Source: Salmo salar (taxonomy: Eukaryota). Taken from it: 64,000 nucleotides of DNA. The stretch lies in contig NC_059464.1 in assembly GCF_905237065.1 (NCBI RefSeq), positions 3,047,803 to 3,111,802 of the forward strand, written 5' to 3'. Shown here one piece after another: positions 46,253-57,989 of the stretch. The position numbers were made by a program, and so were the translations under genes. The notes beneath the pieces are model-generated. The model had not been told where the DNA came from, did not search any database, and was given only the letters and a program-made list of their open reading frames with translations. Position 1 is the stretch's first letter, and every line of letters begins with the position of its first letter.

Positions 46253-47130
46253 CTCAGGTGCCGTCTCAGGTTGCCTCTCTGGGTAAAGCTTTTGGAGCAC
46301 CAGGAGCAGCGGTGGGGCCTCTCCCCCGTGTGGATACGGTGGTGGCGCCGCAGGTCAGCCGACTGGGCAAAGGACTTACAGCACCAGTCACAGGCGTAGG
46401 GCTTCTTATACTGAAGGTGGAGGTGGAGGCTGGCCGCCTGGCTGAAACTCTCCCCACATCGGGTGCAGCGGTGTGGGCGCCCCTCCTGGTGGTCGGTGGG
46501 GGTGAAGTTGTTACTCTCGTTGTATGGCAACACCTGGTCCTTGGACCCAGGCTCTGTTTCATATGTTTGCTGGTCATGTACGGGTGTGTTATGGAGCTCT
46601 GAGATGTCCATATCTGGAAGGTCTTTGAAGCCAGCGTCGCCTGAGAGTTCATGGTTGTGGGGTAGTAGTGTTATAGGAAGACCTGTGTAGCCTGAACTGG
46701 ATTGAGGTTCATGGTTGGTGAGGTTCAATGTGACGTCGCATTCCTTGGGTTCCATTTTGATCCGTCCCTGGATTGGGTCGATGGGAGAGGACCTCTTTCT
46801 CTCTGTCCTAAGGACTGGCACTTCAGCGTTGGCTGCTCCAGTTGTTGTGGCACAGTGGGCATTGGAGGAGAACGGAGATGGTGCCAAGGACGAGGTGTTT
46901 CCAAAACCCTTGGCTTCTGGGTCTGAGTTGTGCTCTGTCTTTGGGATTGCCTGTCCTGGACTGGACTTCTCTTCTGCTCGGACCGTTTCAGTGTGTCCCT
47001 GGTTTGGTCCTGTGAGACCCCCATCCTTACCCAACGCTACCTGGCTCTGTGTCTGTAGCCCTCGTCTGTTGACCTGGCTCTGCTGCTGGGGCTCTGGGTC
47101 CTGTTCCTGTCTGGAGCTCCACTCTTGCTC
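46253..47130 (-). CDS. C2H2 zinc-finger gene 2, main exon: linker plus fingers, ending at a splice donor that falls inside a finger
   Basis: The minus ORF 46132-47034 and its upstream extension read ...HRCTRCGESFSQAASLHLHLQYKKPYACDWCCKSFAQSADLRRHHRIHTGERPHRCSWCSKSFTQRGNLRRHLR. The last finger lacks its second histidine and is followed by AG|GTTGGA in phase 2. The remainder of the ORF (LEYIIILYYY...) is intron read-through. The acceptor is unresolved and the 5' coordinate is approximate. The ORF track starts this ORF at a TTG codon. Confidence 0.55.
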
Positions 47131-47456
47131 ACAAAGCTGCTGTTGCCCAGAGAGAGAAAGGCTGGTGGAACCTGCTTAGAAAGAGGGTGCAAAGACAAAG
47201 TGCTGTCACTAAATAAGTAAGAAATTGAGTAAATATGTATGACATTGTAATTAATCATGTACTACTATTAGTTGTTAATGTTTGCTGCGAGGGATATTCG
47301 GAATTCGGGCACTTCTCACGAGCCAACGTAACGTTGCTGTCAATCGTCAACAGACAGACGTCACCCAATGTAGTTAGTTCGTTGACAGTTTGCCAACTCA
47401 TTTCTGCATGATCATTAAGTTAGCATAATCCAACAAATCCGACAAAATGTTCTTAC

Positions 47457-47664
47457 GCCAGTCTGTCTCCGCCAAGAGTAAGATGTCCCGGAGCTGTCGC
47501 CGAAGGCTTTCATTTTCTCTCTTCGCGCTTTCATTCTCTCTCTTCGTCCTAGCCGTCTCTTCTCGGTACTCGGCCACTGTGTCCCCGACTACGTCCAGAA
47601 TCTCCCGCACCACTACCGTTAAACGTTCTGTCAGGTAAGCATTCAACAGCTGCAGTTTGGTCAT
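47457..47664 (-). CDS. C2H2 zinc-finger gene 2, first coding exon with a FiNZ-like N-terminal domain
   Basis: The exon encodes MTKLQLLNAYLTERLTVVVREILDVVGDTVAEYREETARTKRENESAKRENESLRRQLRDILLLAETDW, followed by the donor TGGC|GTAAGA in phase 1. It shares about 60% amino-acid identity with the gene-1 exon over the first 45 residues. Confidence 0.6.
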
Positions 47665-47879
47665 TTTAAAGTCATAAAATACTGCAGGATAATGTCTAGT
47701 CTCTCTCAGCTGATGTTGTGATTTTACTCTTCGTTTGTTGGTAGTTGGGTTAATAGGAAGTGTGTATGTTGTTTTATCGCCACCTGCTGTTTGGGAAGTG
47801 AAATGGTTGTCTTGTTTATGTTGAGCCACACGGGGGCAGTGCAACCCTGTATAATTTCCTCTGCATCAGTAGTTTTATA

Positions 47880-49700
47880 ACATGAACCCTCAATCCTCGT
47901 CCATCCCAACAACATCTGATTCAACTACTCAACTAATTTATCATTCAGCCCTTAATCAAAGAGGTAGGCCTATGAACAGAAGACCAAACACAAATAAGAC
48001 CAAACAGACAGACCTAGTGAAGTCAGCAGATACGCTACAGGACTGTTTTGTTAGCACAGACTGGAATATGTTCTGGGATTCATCCAATGGCATTGAGGAG
48101 TATACCACCTCAGTCACCGGCTTCATCAATAAGTCCATCAATGACATCATCCCCACAGTGACCGTACGTACATATCCCAACCAAAAGCCATGAATTTCAG
48201 GCAACATCCGCACCGAGCTAAAGGCTAGAGCTGCCACTTTCAAGGAGCAGGCAGGACACTAATCCAGACTAACCATCAAACAGGTAAAGCGTCAATACAG
48301 GGACTAAGATTGAATCCTACTACACCGGCTCTGACGCTCGTCTGATGTGGCAGGACTTGCAAACTATTACAGACTACAAAGGGAAACACAGCTGCAAGCT
48401 GCCCAGTGACATTAGCCTACCAGACGGGCTAAATGCCTTTTATGCTCGCTTCGAGGGAAGCAACACTGAAGTATGCATGAGAGCACCATCTGTTCCGGAC
48501 AACTGTGTGATCACTCTCTCCGTAGCCGATTTGAGCAAGACCTTTAAACAGGTCAACATTCACAAGGCCGTAGGGCCAGACGGATTAGCAGGGTGTGTAC
48601 TCAGAGCATGTGCGGAGCAACTGGCAAGTGTCTTCACTGACATCTTCAACCTCTCCCTGACCGAGTCTGTAATACCTACATGTTTCAAGCAGACCACCAT
48701 AGTCCCTGTACCCAAGAAAGCGAAGGTAACCTGCCTAAATGACTACTGTCCCGTAGCACTTACGTCAGTAGCCATGCAGTTCTTTGAAAGGCTGGTCATG
48801 GCTCACATCAACACCATCATCCCGGAAACCCTAGACCCACTCCAATTTCCATACCACCTCAACAGATCCGAAGATGATGCAATCTCAATCTCCCCCATTC
48901 ACATCGACGGGGCTGTAGTTCCCTGGTGTCCACATCACCAACAAACTATTATGGTCAAAACACACCAAGACAGTCGTGAAGAGGGCACGACAACACCTTT
49001 TCCCCCTCAGAAGACTGAAAAGATTTGGCATGGGTCCCCAGATCCTCAAAAAGTTCTACAGCTGCACCATCAAGAGCATCCTGACCGGTTGCATCACCGC
49101 CTGGTATGGCAACTGCTCGGCATCCGGCCGTAAGGGACCAGAGGGTAGTGCGTACTGCCCAGTACATCACTGGGGCTAAGCTTCCTGCCATCCAGAACCT
49201 ATATACTAAGCGGTGTCAGAGGAAGGCGCAAAAAATTGTCAAAGACTCCAGTCAACCAAGTCATAGACTGTTCTCTCTGCTACCGCACGGCAAATGGTAC
49301 CGGAGCGCCAAGTCCAGGTCCAAACAGCTTCTACCCCTAAGCCAAAAGACTGCTGAACAATTAATCAAATTGCCACCTGGACTATTTGCATTGACCCCCC
49401 CCTCCCCCACCTTTGTTTTTACACTGCTGCTACTCGGTGTTTATTATCTATGCATAGCCACTTTACCCCTACCTACATTTACCCCTACCCTACCTACATG
49501 TACAAATTACCTTGACTAACCTCTACCCCTGCACATTGACTCGGTACCAGTACCCCCTGTATATAGCCTCGTTATTGTTATTGTGTTACTTTTGTTTACA
49601 TTTTTTACTTTAGTTTATTTAGTGAATATTTAACTAACTCTATTTTCTTAAAACTGCCTTGTTGGTTAAGGGCTTGTAAGTAAGGCGAGTCTTCAGGTCT
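47880..49700 (+). mobile_element. 5'-truncated LINE covering RT and the 3'UTR, the same family as 13000-13960 and 20270-20960
   Basis: ORF 48345-49133 reads ...KAVGPDGLAGCVLRACAEQLASVFTDIFNLSLTESVIPTCFKQTTIVPVPKKAKVTCLNDYCPVALTSVAMQFFERLVMAHINTIIPETLDPLQFPYHLNRSEDDAISI. Frameshifted ORFs 48976-49179 and 49106-49519 read ...LFPLRRLKRFGMGPQILKKFYSCTIKSILTGCITAWYGNCSASGRK... and ...SRSKQLLPLSQKTAEQLIKLPPG. The 3'UTR ends ...CTGCCTTGTTGGTTAAGGGCTTGTAAGTAAG. Confidence 0.7.
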
Positions 49701-50289
49701 CAAGCAAGGTTACTCATTACACAAGTGTAGTATGCATATTTAATGAAACTCAATTGAATTACAGGTCAAAGTGATTAAAGATGGGTTCTCTTTATCTTTG
49801 AAAGAGAAATTGGTGTGCTCAGCTCAAATGTTTTGTAGTCTAAAAAATGATTTGGGTGCTGGGTTCAAAAGGCATATACTGGAAGAAAGAAACGCATCCG
49901 TTTGTTTTGATCACTGCTGCTAAAATATAAGACATTTAAACGTAAAGAATATTTCAGTGAGTGCAGATTTTTCTTTTCTTCAAGTATAACTCTTTATCTT
50001 TGCCATGTAGGAGGGGGCTATATCAACATCAACTCTCTACTCCTCTGCAACTTCTCCCCCTGGTCATTGCAGGCTGTGGCTTTATCGGGAGACGAAGAGG
50101 TGCGTGACCCTCTTGGACTGGACTGCCCACTGCCGTCCTCCATGCAGGAGAGGAGATGCAGATTGTGTGGGAGAGGCTGCAGTCCCTGAATCTGATTTAT
50201 TGATTAGATCATTCAGTCAGATTTAACGATGAGATAATTCAGTCAGAGAAGAAAATGAAATCCCTGAAGGTTAACTGTAACCCTCTCTA

Positions 50290-50410
50290 AATGTCTCCTT
50301 TGCTCTCTTTTATCTCTCTCCCTCTCTCTCGACTTCTCTCTCTGTCACTCTCTCCCTCTATTTCTCTCCTTCTCTCTTGGAAGATCTCAATGACATACTC
50401 CTCACGTCCT
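50290..50410. repeat. CT-rich low-complexity sequence
   Basis: Read directly. Confidence 0.7.
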
Positions 50411-51886
50411 CTCTCCTTCTCAAACCCCATTGGAGGAGAAGGTCAGAGGGGCGGGACCTTTTGCTTTCTCATCCAATTGGTTTTGAGAAGGAGACAAGGA
50501 GAGAAGACGTTGAGGAGTAGGCAATTGAGATAATCCCATAGTCTCTCTCACTTCCTCTCTGTTTCTTTCTCTTATTGTTGGAAAAGGGGTATAAAATATA
50601 TTACTGCATCTTGTACAGAATAAATCTTATGGTTAAAGGTTGAGTTAGAATGTTTGCAGGTGAGTTATTAAATGTTTAGCTGTAGAGTTGAGAACTATTG
50701 AATAATATGATTTTGGGCTGAGTTTAAGGTTTTTGACTGTCGTGACTGTTTAGTTCCCCCCCACCAAGTAGGAAACTGTGAAATAAGAAAGATGCTAAAT
50801 GTTTATTGTCTTTTCATTGCATTTGTAAGCAATATTGCACAAGCATGCTAATGTAAGGATCGTGATCAGTAGAAAATGTCTGAAAAAAATGTTGGGTAGT
50901 AAAAAACGATACCACACCAGGAGTCATATTACTGATAGTGGATTTCCGGATCTATGGCGCCCTCTCAGAAGTGCATTTCACTTGCACAGCAATGTGTCCT
51001 GGGTGACGAAGAGAATTGACACTCTGTATAGAAAGGTTGTAGATATGATGGTCATCAGAGCTGAACGGGTCACGCCACTGCAGGTCTGCCCCTTTCCATA
51101 TCATATTGGTGGTGTTGTTGTTGCTGTGATCATGGCGTATGTTAATGTTATGTGGGTTTTACATATCTACACTACTGCCAACATTATTGGCCCCTGTTGG
51201 ATAAATCAAGTGTTTTGAATTGAATGGAATCGAATTGAATTGACCCCCTTCATCCACGACAAGCTGCTGTACAAATCAAACACACTTAAAATAAGAAATA
51301 TCTGACTATCTGGAAGGCCACTATCTGCAATTAATTTAATACTGATTCTGCTAGTAGGTTAAAGGGCTACATACTGCATCATCAGCCTGAACTGAAAGAT
51401 GCTTTGAATCAGCCATTTCAGAAACATTTTGAAATAGTTATTTAGCTGGAGTAATTTTGATTTGGACCATTTAACATTTGACAATGTACATTGTGAAGTT
51501 AGCACGCTAGCCTCTGGAGCACAGTGTTGTTGACGTGGGATGGAAGCCCGGGTCTGCTGTACAGGGATGGTCTGTGTTACATTCAAGGGGGGAGGATTTC
51601 GATAAAGCGTTGATATTCAATGGAAAAAAATACCATATTACAGAATATGGAGTGTAGCAGTCAGTGTCATTCCCTCCCTCACTTTAAGTCCTCTCCCGAG
51701 AGATCTCTTCTCCCTTCCTTTCCCCTGTCCTCTGCAGCACACTGCATTCTTTCTCCCAGTCTGCTAAAACCGGCAAGTCAGAGTGTATCTTCTCACAGAG
51801 TTAAGTCTGTAGACACACCAATCCCTTCTTATTGCTGCTCGGATCGTTTGCCCTACATACACACACCCTCCTTTGAACTCTACTAA

Positions 51887-51888
<2 letters not shown>

Positions 51889-51936
<48 letters not shown>

Positions 51937-51975
51937 TGTGTGTCTGTGTGTGTGTGTGTGTCTGTGTGTCTGTGT

Positions 51976-52009
<34 letters not shown>

Positions 52010-52068
52010 CTGTGTGTGTTTGTGTGTCTGTGTGTGTGTCTGTGTGTCTGTGTGTGTGTGTGTGTTTT
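51889..52068. repeat. Compound (GT)n/(GTCT)n microsatellite
   Basis: Read directly. The ORFs across 51764-52492 are artefacts of it. Confidence 0.95.
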
Positions 52069-52099
52069 GTGGCTCTTGGTTCAGAACATCAAAAGCACA

Positions 52100-52700
52100 G
52101 CACACACAGTACACTATTTGTCGTTTTGTTTCTCTCGTTCTCTCACTCTACAGCTCTCCTTTTTACCTTTGATTCAGTCCCCTCCCTCTCCCCCTTTCCT
52201 CTCTGCATTCAACTGCATTATGATAGTCTGGAAGATTTTTTCTTCTTTCTCTCCCTTGCTCGATATGTCTACCTTTATCTTTACCTCTATCTGTCTCTCT
52301 AGTTCCTTCCTTTTCTGCTTTTGTGTCGTTCTACGTGTTTTTTTATCTCCCTCTTTCTCTCTCTCGCCATCTGTACTCCCACTCTGCTCTCTGCCTCCCC
52401 ACCCCCACCACTCCTTACAAACAGAACAAGTCTATCTTTCTCATTATCTGTCTGATAATGCCATGTTTTTTCCACTTGTCAGCGATTTGTAGCTAACCCA
52501 TTTATTTTTGTTTACTTCCATCACCTTTTCTTCCTTTCTACTGCCATCTCCAGTAGCCATCCTCGACCTACCTGTCGTGCTCCCCCCTCTACCCCTCTCT
52601 CCCTTCCTTTTTCTCTCTCCTCCTTACACCGCTCTTTCTCTATCCACCCTATCCCTCGTTCTCTGAAGCCCCCTCTCTTTCACCCTATCATTTTTTCTCT
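52100..52700. repeat. CT-rich low-complexity region
   Basis: Read directly. Confidence 0.6.
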
Positions 52701-53000
52701 CTCCTTTTTTCCAGCCACAGTGGCAGAAGCTTTTAATAATTCATATGGATTTAAAATGTAAATTTTAGTAAGACTGAGAAGTCAGACCTCACTCCCACCC
52801 TGCTCTATCCCCACTTCTCCGGTTGCTCTCCCTCCCTGCCAACCGTTGCCTTGACAACCGCAACATCCTAGAAACACATAACAGAAATTCACACACACAA
52901 GACAAGAGAGATACCCTATCTCAAGCACATTCTTGAGGTAGGGAAAACGATGGAAGGAGAGCGAGTCTAACGCAGTTCAGGACTAACATGTAGCGAGATG

Positions 53001-54223
53001 TATTACTGAACATAAATATAAACGCAACATGTAAAGTGTTGGTCCCATGTTTCATGAGATGAAATAAAAGGTCCCAGAAATATTCTATAAACACAAAAAG
53101 CTTATTTCTCTCAAATTCTGTGCACAAATTTGTTTACCAGTTAGTGAGCATTTTGCCTTTGCCAAGATAATCCATGCACCTGACAGGTGTGGCATATGAA
53201 GAAGCTGATTAAACAGCATGATCATTACACAGGTGCACCTTGTGCTGGGAACAATAAAAGGCCACTCTAAACTGTGCTGTTTTGTCACACAAGACAATGC
53301 TACAGATGTCTCAAGTTTTGAGGGAGCGTGCAATTGGCATGCTGACTGCAGGAATGTCCACCAGAGCTGTTGCCAAAGAATTGAATGTTCCTTTCTCTAC
53401 CATAATCCGCCTCCAATGTCATTTTAGAGAATTTGGCAGTACGTCCAACCGGCCTCACAACCGCAGACCATGTGTAACCACGCCAGCCCAGACCTCCACA
53501 TCCGGTTTCTTCACCTGGGGATTGTCTGAGACCAGCCACCCGGACAGCTGATGAAACTGTGGGTTTGCACAACCAAAGAATTTCTGCACAAACTGTCAGA
53601 AACCGTATCAGGGAAACTTATCTGCGTGCTCGTTGTCCTCACCAGGGTTTTTACCTGACTGCATCGTAACCAACTTCAGTGGGCAAATGCTCACCTTCGA
53701 TTGCCACTGGCACGCAGGAGAAGTGTGCTCTTCACAGATGTATCCCAGTTTCAACTATACCGGGCAGATGGCAGACAGCGTGTATGGCGTCGTGTGGGTG
53801 AGCAGTTTGCAGCTGTCAACGTTGTAAACAGAATGCCCCATGGTGGCGGTGGGGTTATGGTATGGGCAGGCATAAGCTACAGACAGCAAACACAATTGTG
53901 TTTTATCGATGATCATTTGAATTCACAGAGATACTGGGACGAGATCCTGAGGCCCACTGTCGTGCCATTCATCCGCTGCCATAACCTCATGTTTCAGCAG
54001 GATAAACACGGCCCCGTGTTGCAAGGTCAACTCTATGTGAAGGAGATGTGTTGCACTGCATGACAGGTTTTATGATCTATGACCTGCCTTTTTTAAGGTA
54101 TCTGTGACGAAGTCATGTGAAGTCAATAGATTACGGCCTAATGAATTGATTTAAATTGACTGATTTCCTTATTTGAACTGTAAAATCTTAGAAATTGTTG
54201 CATTTACATTTATGTTCAGTGTA
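53001..54223 (+). mobile_element. Tc1-like transposon (about 1.2 kb) with both ITRs (TATTACTGAACATAAATATAAACGCAACATG ... CATTTACATTTATGTTCAGTGTA), transposase pseudogene
   Basis: ORF 53282-53551 is the N-terminus ([70 protein letters not shown]...). ORF 53701-54063 is the DDE region (...VLFTDVSQFQLYRADGRQRVWRRVGEQFAAVNVVNRMPHGGGGVMVWAGISYRQQTQLCFIDDHLNSQRYWDEILRPTVVPFIRCHNLMFQQDKH...). Frameshifts separate the two. Confidence 0.8.
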
Positions 54224-54539
54224 GCAATGTACCATGTGAAACAGAGCTCGTACTCAACTAGGGTTTATTGTTGTTTACATGCTGCTTTGCGTTTTGTTGC
54301 TAGCGTTACTTTGCTACCTGCCAACTTTACGGTTTTTACTTTTTAATTGCCGTGTTATATTTTTATTTTTTTCCTTCGCTCAACGTTTTTCATTCAACTA
54401 TTTCACCCCAGACGTTTTATCTGGAAATGGTTCTACAGGACCTCCACCAACTGAAGCTAAGTAGTAACATTAACATTATGCCTTCTAATTGCAGTCGCTG
54501 TACTCATAATATACAGGAGAACGATCGCCTTATTTACAT

Positions 54540-55005
54540 TTAAGCCATTTAGCAGACGCTCTTATCCAGAGCGACTTACAAATTGGTGCATTCACCTTAT
54601 GATATCTAGTGGAACAACCACTTTACAATAGTACATCTATATCTTTTTTTTGGGGGGGGGGGGTTAGAAGGATTACTTTATCCTATCCTAGGTATTCCTT
54701 AAAGAGGTGGGGTTTCAGGTGTCTCCGGAAGGTGGTGATTGACTCCACTGTCCTGGCGTCGTGAGGGAGCTTGTTCCACCATTGGGGTGCCAGAGCAGTG
54801 AGCAGTTTTGACTGGGCTGAGCGGGAACTGTGCTTCCGCAGAGGTAGGGGGGCCAGCAGGCCAGAGGTGGATGAACGCAGTGCCCTTGTTTGGGTGTAAG
54901 GACTGATCAGAGCCTGAAGGTACGGAGGTGCCGTTCCCCTCACAGCTCCGTAGGCAAGCACCATGGTCTTGTAGCAGATGCGAGCTTCAACTGGAAGCCA
55001 GTGGA
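54540..55005 (-). mobile_element. Retroposon fragment with an L2-type 3' end and the conserved TGTAAGTCGCTCTGGATAAGAGCGTCTGCTAAATG tail
   Basis: Minus ORF 54683-54964 reads ...ISPYTQTRALRSSTSGLLAPLPLRKHSSRSAQSKLLTALAPQWWNKLPHDARTVESITTFRRHLKPHLFKEYLG, the characteristic L2/CR1 3'-terminal conceptual peptide. The tail unit, reverse-complemented, is at 54545-54600. Confidence 0.55.
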
Positions 55006-56420
55006 GTGTGCCTTATGGTGAGGATTTCGTCTGAAGCTGGGTTTGCAGCACGGCTATCGTTAGGCAAGGGTAATTTAAGTGTAGGAAAGGATGAAACAGC
55101 ATCTGTGCCACAAATAAGTACAGATGGTAGTATAAATCCCCTCGCACAGTCCCCGCAGCCGGACAATTTTCTCATGAATTCTGGAAGGAAATGCTGTAGG
55201 AATGCTCAACCGGTGTCGCTCATTCAGCCAACAGAAACTTTCAACTGGTTCTCCCCATTAAGCACCGAGTCGGAGTCAGAGGCCGTGCCTTCTCTGGTCT
55301 CTCCTCCACCCGTTACGGGGTCTGAGACGCCGAAGCCTCCCACCATTAGCTCTGACAAATTCAAAACCCTAGTCATTGGCGACTCCATCACCCGCAGTAT
55401 TAGACTTAAAAAGAATCATCCAGCGATCATACACTGTTAACCAGGGGGCAGGGCAACCGACATTAAGGCTAATCTAAAGATTGTGCTGGCTAAGGCTAAA
55501 ACTGGCGAGTATAGGAATATTATTATCCACGTCGGCACCAACGATGTTAGGATGAAACAGTCGGAGGTCACCAAGCGCAACATAGCCTCAGCGTGTAAAT
55601 CAGCTAGAAAGATGTGTCGGCATCGAGTAATTGTCTCTGGCCCCCTCCCAGTTAAGGGGAGTGATGAGCTCTAACAGCAGAGTCTCACAACTCAATCGCT
55701 GGTTGAAAACTGTTTTCTGCCCCTTCCAAAAGATAGAATTTGTTGATAATTGGCCGTCTTTCTGGGACTCACCCACAAACAGAACCAAGCCTGGCCTGCT
55801 GAGGAGTGACGGACTCCATCCTAGCTGGAGGGGTGCTCTCATCTTATCTATGAACATAGACAGGGCTCTAACTCCTCTAGCTCCACAATGAGTGGGTGCA
55901 GGCCAGGCAGCAGGCTTTTAGCCAGCCTGCTAAGCTTAGGGGAGTCTGCCACTAGCACAGTCAGTGTAGTCAGCTCAGCTATCCCCATTGAGACCATGTC
56001 TGTGCCTCGATCTAGGTTGGGCAAAACTAAACAAGGCGGTGTACGCCTTAGCAATCTCACTGGAATAAAGACCTCCATTCCTGTCATTATTGAAAGGGAT
56101 TGTGATATCTCACATCTCAAAATAGGGCTACTTAATGTTAGATCCCTCACTTCCAAGGTAGTTATAGTCAATTAACTAATCACTGATCATAATCTTGATG
56201 TGATTGGCCTGACTGAAATATGGCTTAAGCCAGTTGAATTTACTGTGTTAAATGAGGCCTCTCCTCCTGGTTACACTAGTGACCATATCCCCTGCGCAGG
56301 GACGTAATAAAATTGTGGTCAAAAGACGAAAACGCAGTCATTTTTTTGTAAATTGAAATTTGGTATCGTAAATGACAGCAACATGAAATCTATGCAGCCT
56401 ACTCAATCAGTTGCTATAGC

Positions 56421-57989
56421 TACAGTGGGGGAAAAAAGTATTTGATCCCCTGCTGATTTTGTACGTTTGCCCACTTACAAAGAAATGATCAATCTATAAT
56501 TTTAATGGTAGGTTTATTTGTACAGTGAGAGACAGAATAACAACAAAAAAATCCAGAAAAACACATGTCAAAAATGTTTTAAAATGATTTCCATTTTGAT
56601 GAGGGAAATAAGTATTTGACCCCTCTGCAAAACACGACTTAGTACTTGGTGGCAAAACCCTTGTTGGCAATCACAGAGATCAGACGTTTCTTGTAGTTGG
56701 CCACCAGCTTTGCACACATCTCAGGAGGGATTTTGTCCCACTCCTTTTGCAGATCTTCTCCAAATCATTAAGGTTTCGAGGCTGACGTTTGGCAACTCAA
56801 ACCTTGAGCTCCCTCCACAGATTTTCTATGGGATTAAGGTCTGGAGACTGGCTAGGCCACTCCAGGACCTTAATGTGCTTTTTCTTGAGCCACTCCTTTG
56901 TTGCCTTGGCCGTATGTTTTGGGTCATTGTCATGCTGGAATACCAATCCACGACCCATTTTCAATGCCCTGGCTGAGGGAAGGAGGTTCTCACGCAAGAT
57001 TTGACAGTACATGGCCCCGTCCAATGATGCGGTGAAGTTGTCCTGTCCCCTTAGCAGAAAAACACCCCCAAAGCATAATGTTTCCACCTCCATGTTTGAC
57101 GGTGGAGATGGTGTTCTTGGGGTCATAGGCAGCATTCCTCCTCCTCCAAACACGGCGAGTTGAGTTGATGCCAAAGAGCTCCATTTTGGTCTCATCTGAC
57201 CACAACACTTTCACCCAGTTGTCCTCTGAATTATTCAGATGTTCATTGGCAAACTTCAGATTTGAGCAGGGGGACCTTGTGGGCGCTGCAGGATTTCAGT
57301 CCTTCACGGCGTAGTGTGTTACCAATTGTTTTCTTGGTGACTATGGTCCCAGCTGCCTCAAGATCCTCCCGTGTAGTTCTGGGCTTATTCCTCACCGTTC
57401 TCATGATCATTGCAACCCCACGAGGTGAGATCTTGCATGGGGCCCCAGGCCGAGGGATATTGACAGTTCTTTTGTGTTTCTTCCATTTGCGAATAATCGC
57501 ACCAACTGTTGTCACCTTCTCACCAAGCTGCTTGGCGATGGTCTTGTAGCCCATTCCAGCTTTGTGTAGGTCTACAGTCTTGTCCCTGACATCCTTGGAG
57601 AGCTCTTTGGTCTTGGCCATGGTGGAGAGTTTGGAATCTGATTGATTGATTGCTTCTGTGGACAGGTGTCTTTTTTACAGGTAACAAGCTGCGGTTAGGA
57701 GCACTCCCTTTAAGAGTGTGCTCCTAATCTCAGCTCGTTACCTGTATAAAAGACACCTGGGAGCCAGAAATCTTTCTGATTGAGAGGGGGTCAAATACTT
57801 ATTTCCCTCATTAAAATGCAAATCAATTTATAACATTTTTGACATGCGTTTTTCTTGATATTTTTGTTGTTATTCTATCTCTCACTGTTCAAATAAACCT
57901 ACCATTAAAATTATAGACTGATCCTTTCTTTATCAGTGGGCAAACGTACAAAATCAGCAGGGGATCAAATACTTTCCCCCCCCACTGTA
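56421..57989 (-). mobile_element. Tc1-like transposon (1.57 kb) with both ITRs (TACAGTGGGGGAAAAAAGTATTTGATCCCCTGCTGATTTTGTACGTTTGCCCAC ... CAGTGGGCAAACGTACAAAATCAGCAGGGGATCAAATACTTTCCCCCCCACTGTA), nested in the L2 LINE
   Basis: Minus ORFs 57243-57620 ([120 protein letters not shown]), 56990-57214 and 56797-57195 (...[24 protein letters not shown]...[47 protein letters not shown]) form a Sleeping-Beauty-like transposase broken by a few frameshifts. Confidence 0.85.

Noticed and set aside
46132-46265. The 3' part of the long minus ORF (…LEYIIILYYYAVSSKSIGTVTYFVIFGSVLQHFGFEVIQ) as a coding continuation of ZNF gene 2
   Set aside because: It follows a splice-donor consensus placed exactly inside an incomplete zinc finger. 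It is AT-rich and has no finger structure, so it is better explained as intron read-through.
50835-51218. A 127-aa plus ORF
   Set aside because: It has no recognisable domain and is isolated in low-complexity surroundings. It is most likely a chance ORF.
51764-52492. Several overlapping ORFs of 100-200 aa
   Set aside because: They are translations of the (GT)n/(GTCT)n microsatellite and CT-rich low-complexity DNA (VCVCVC..., SLSLSL...).
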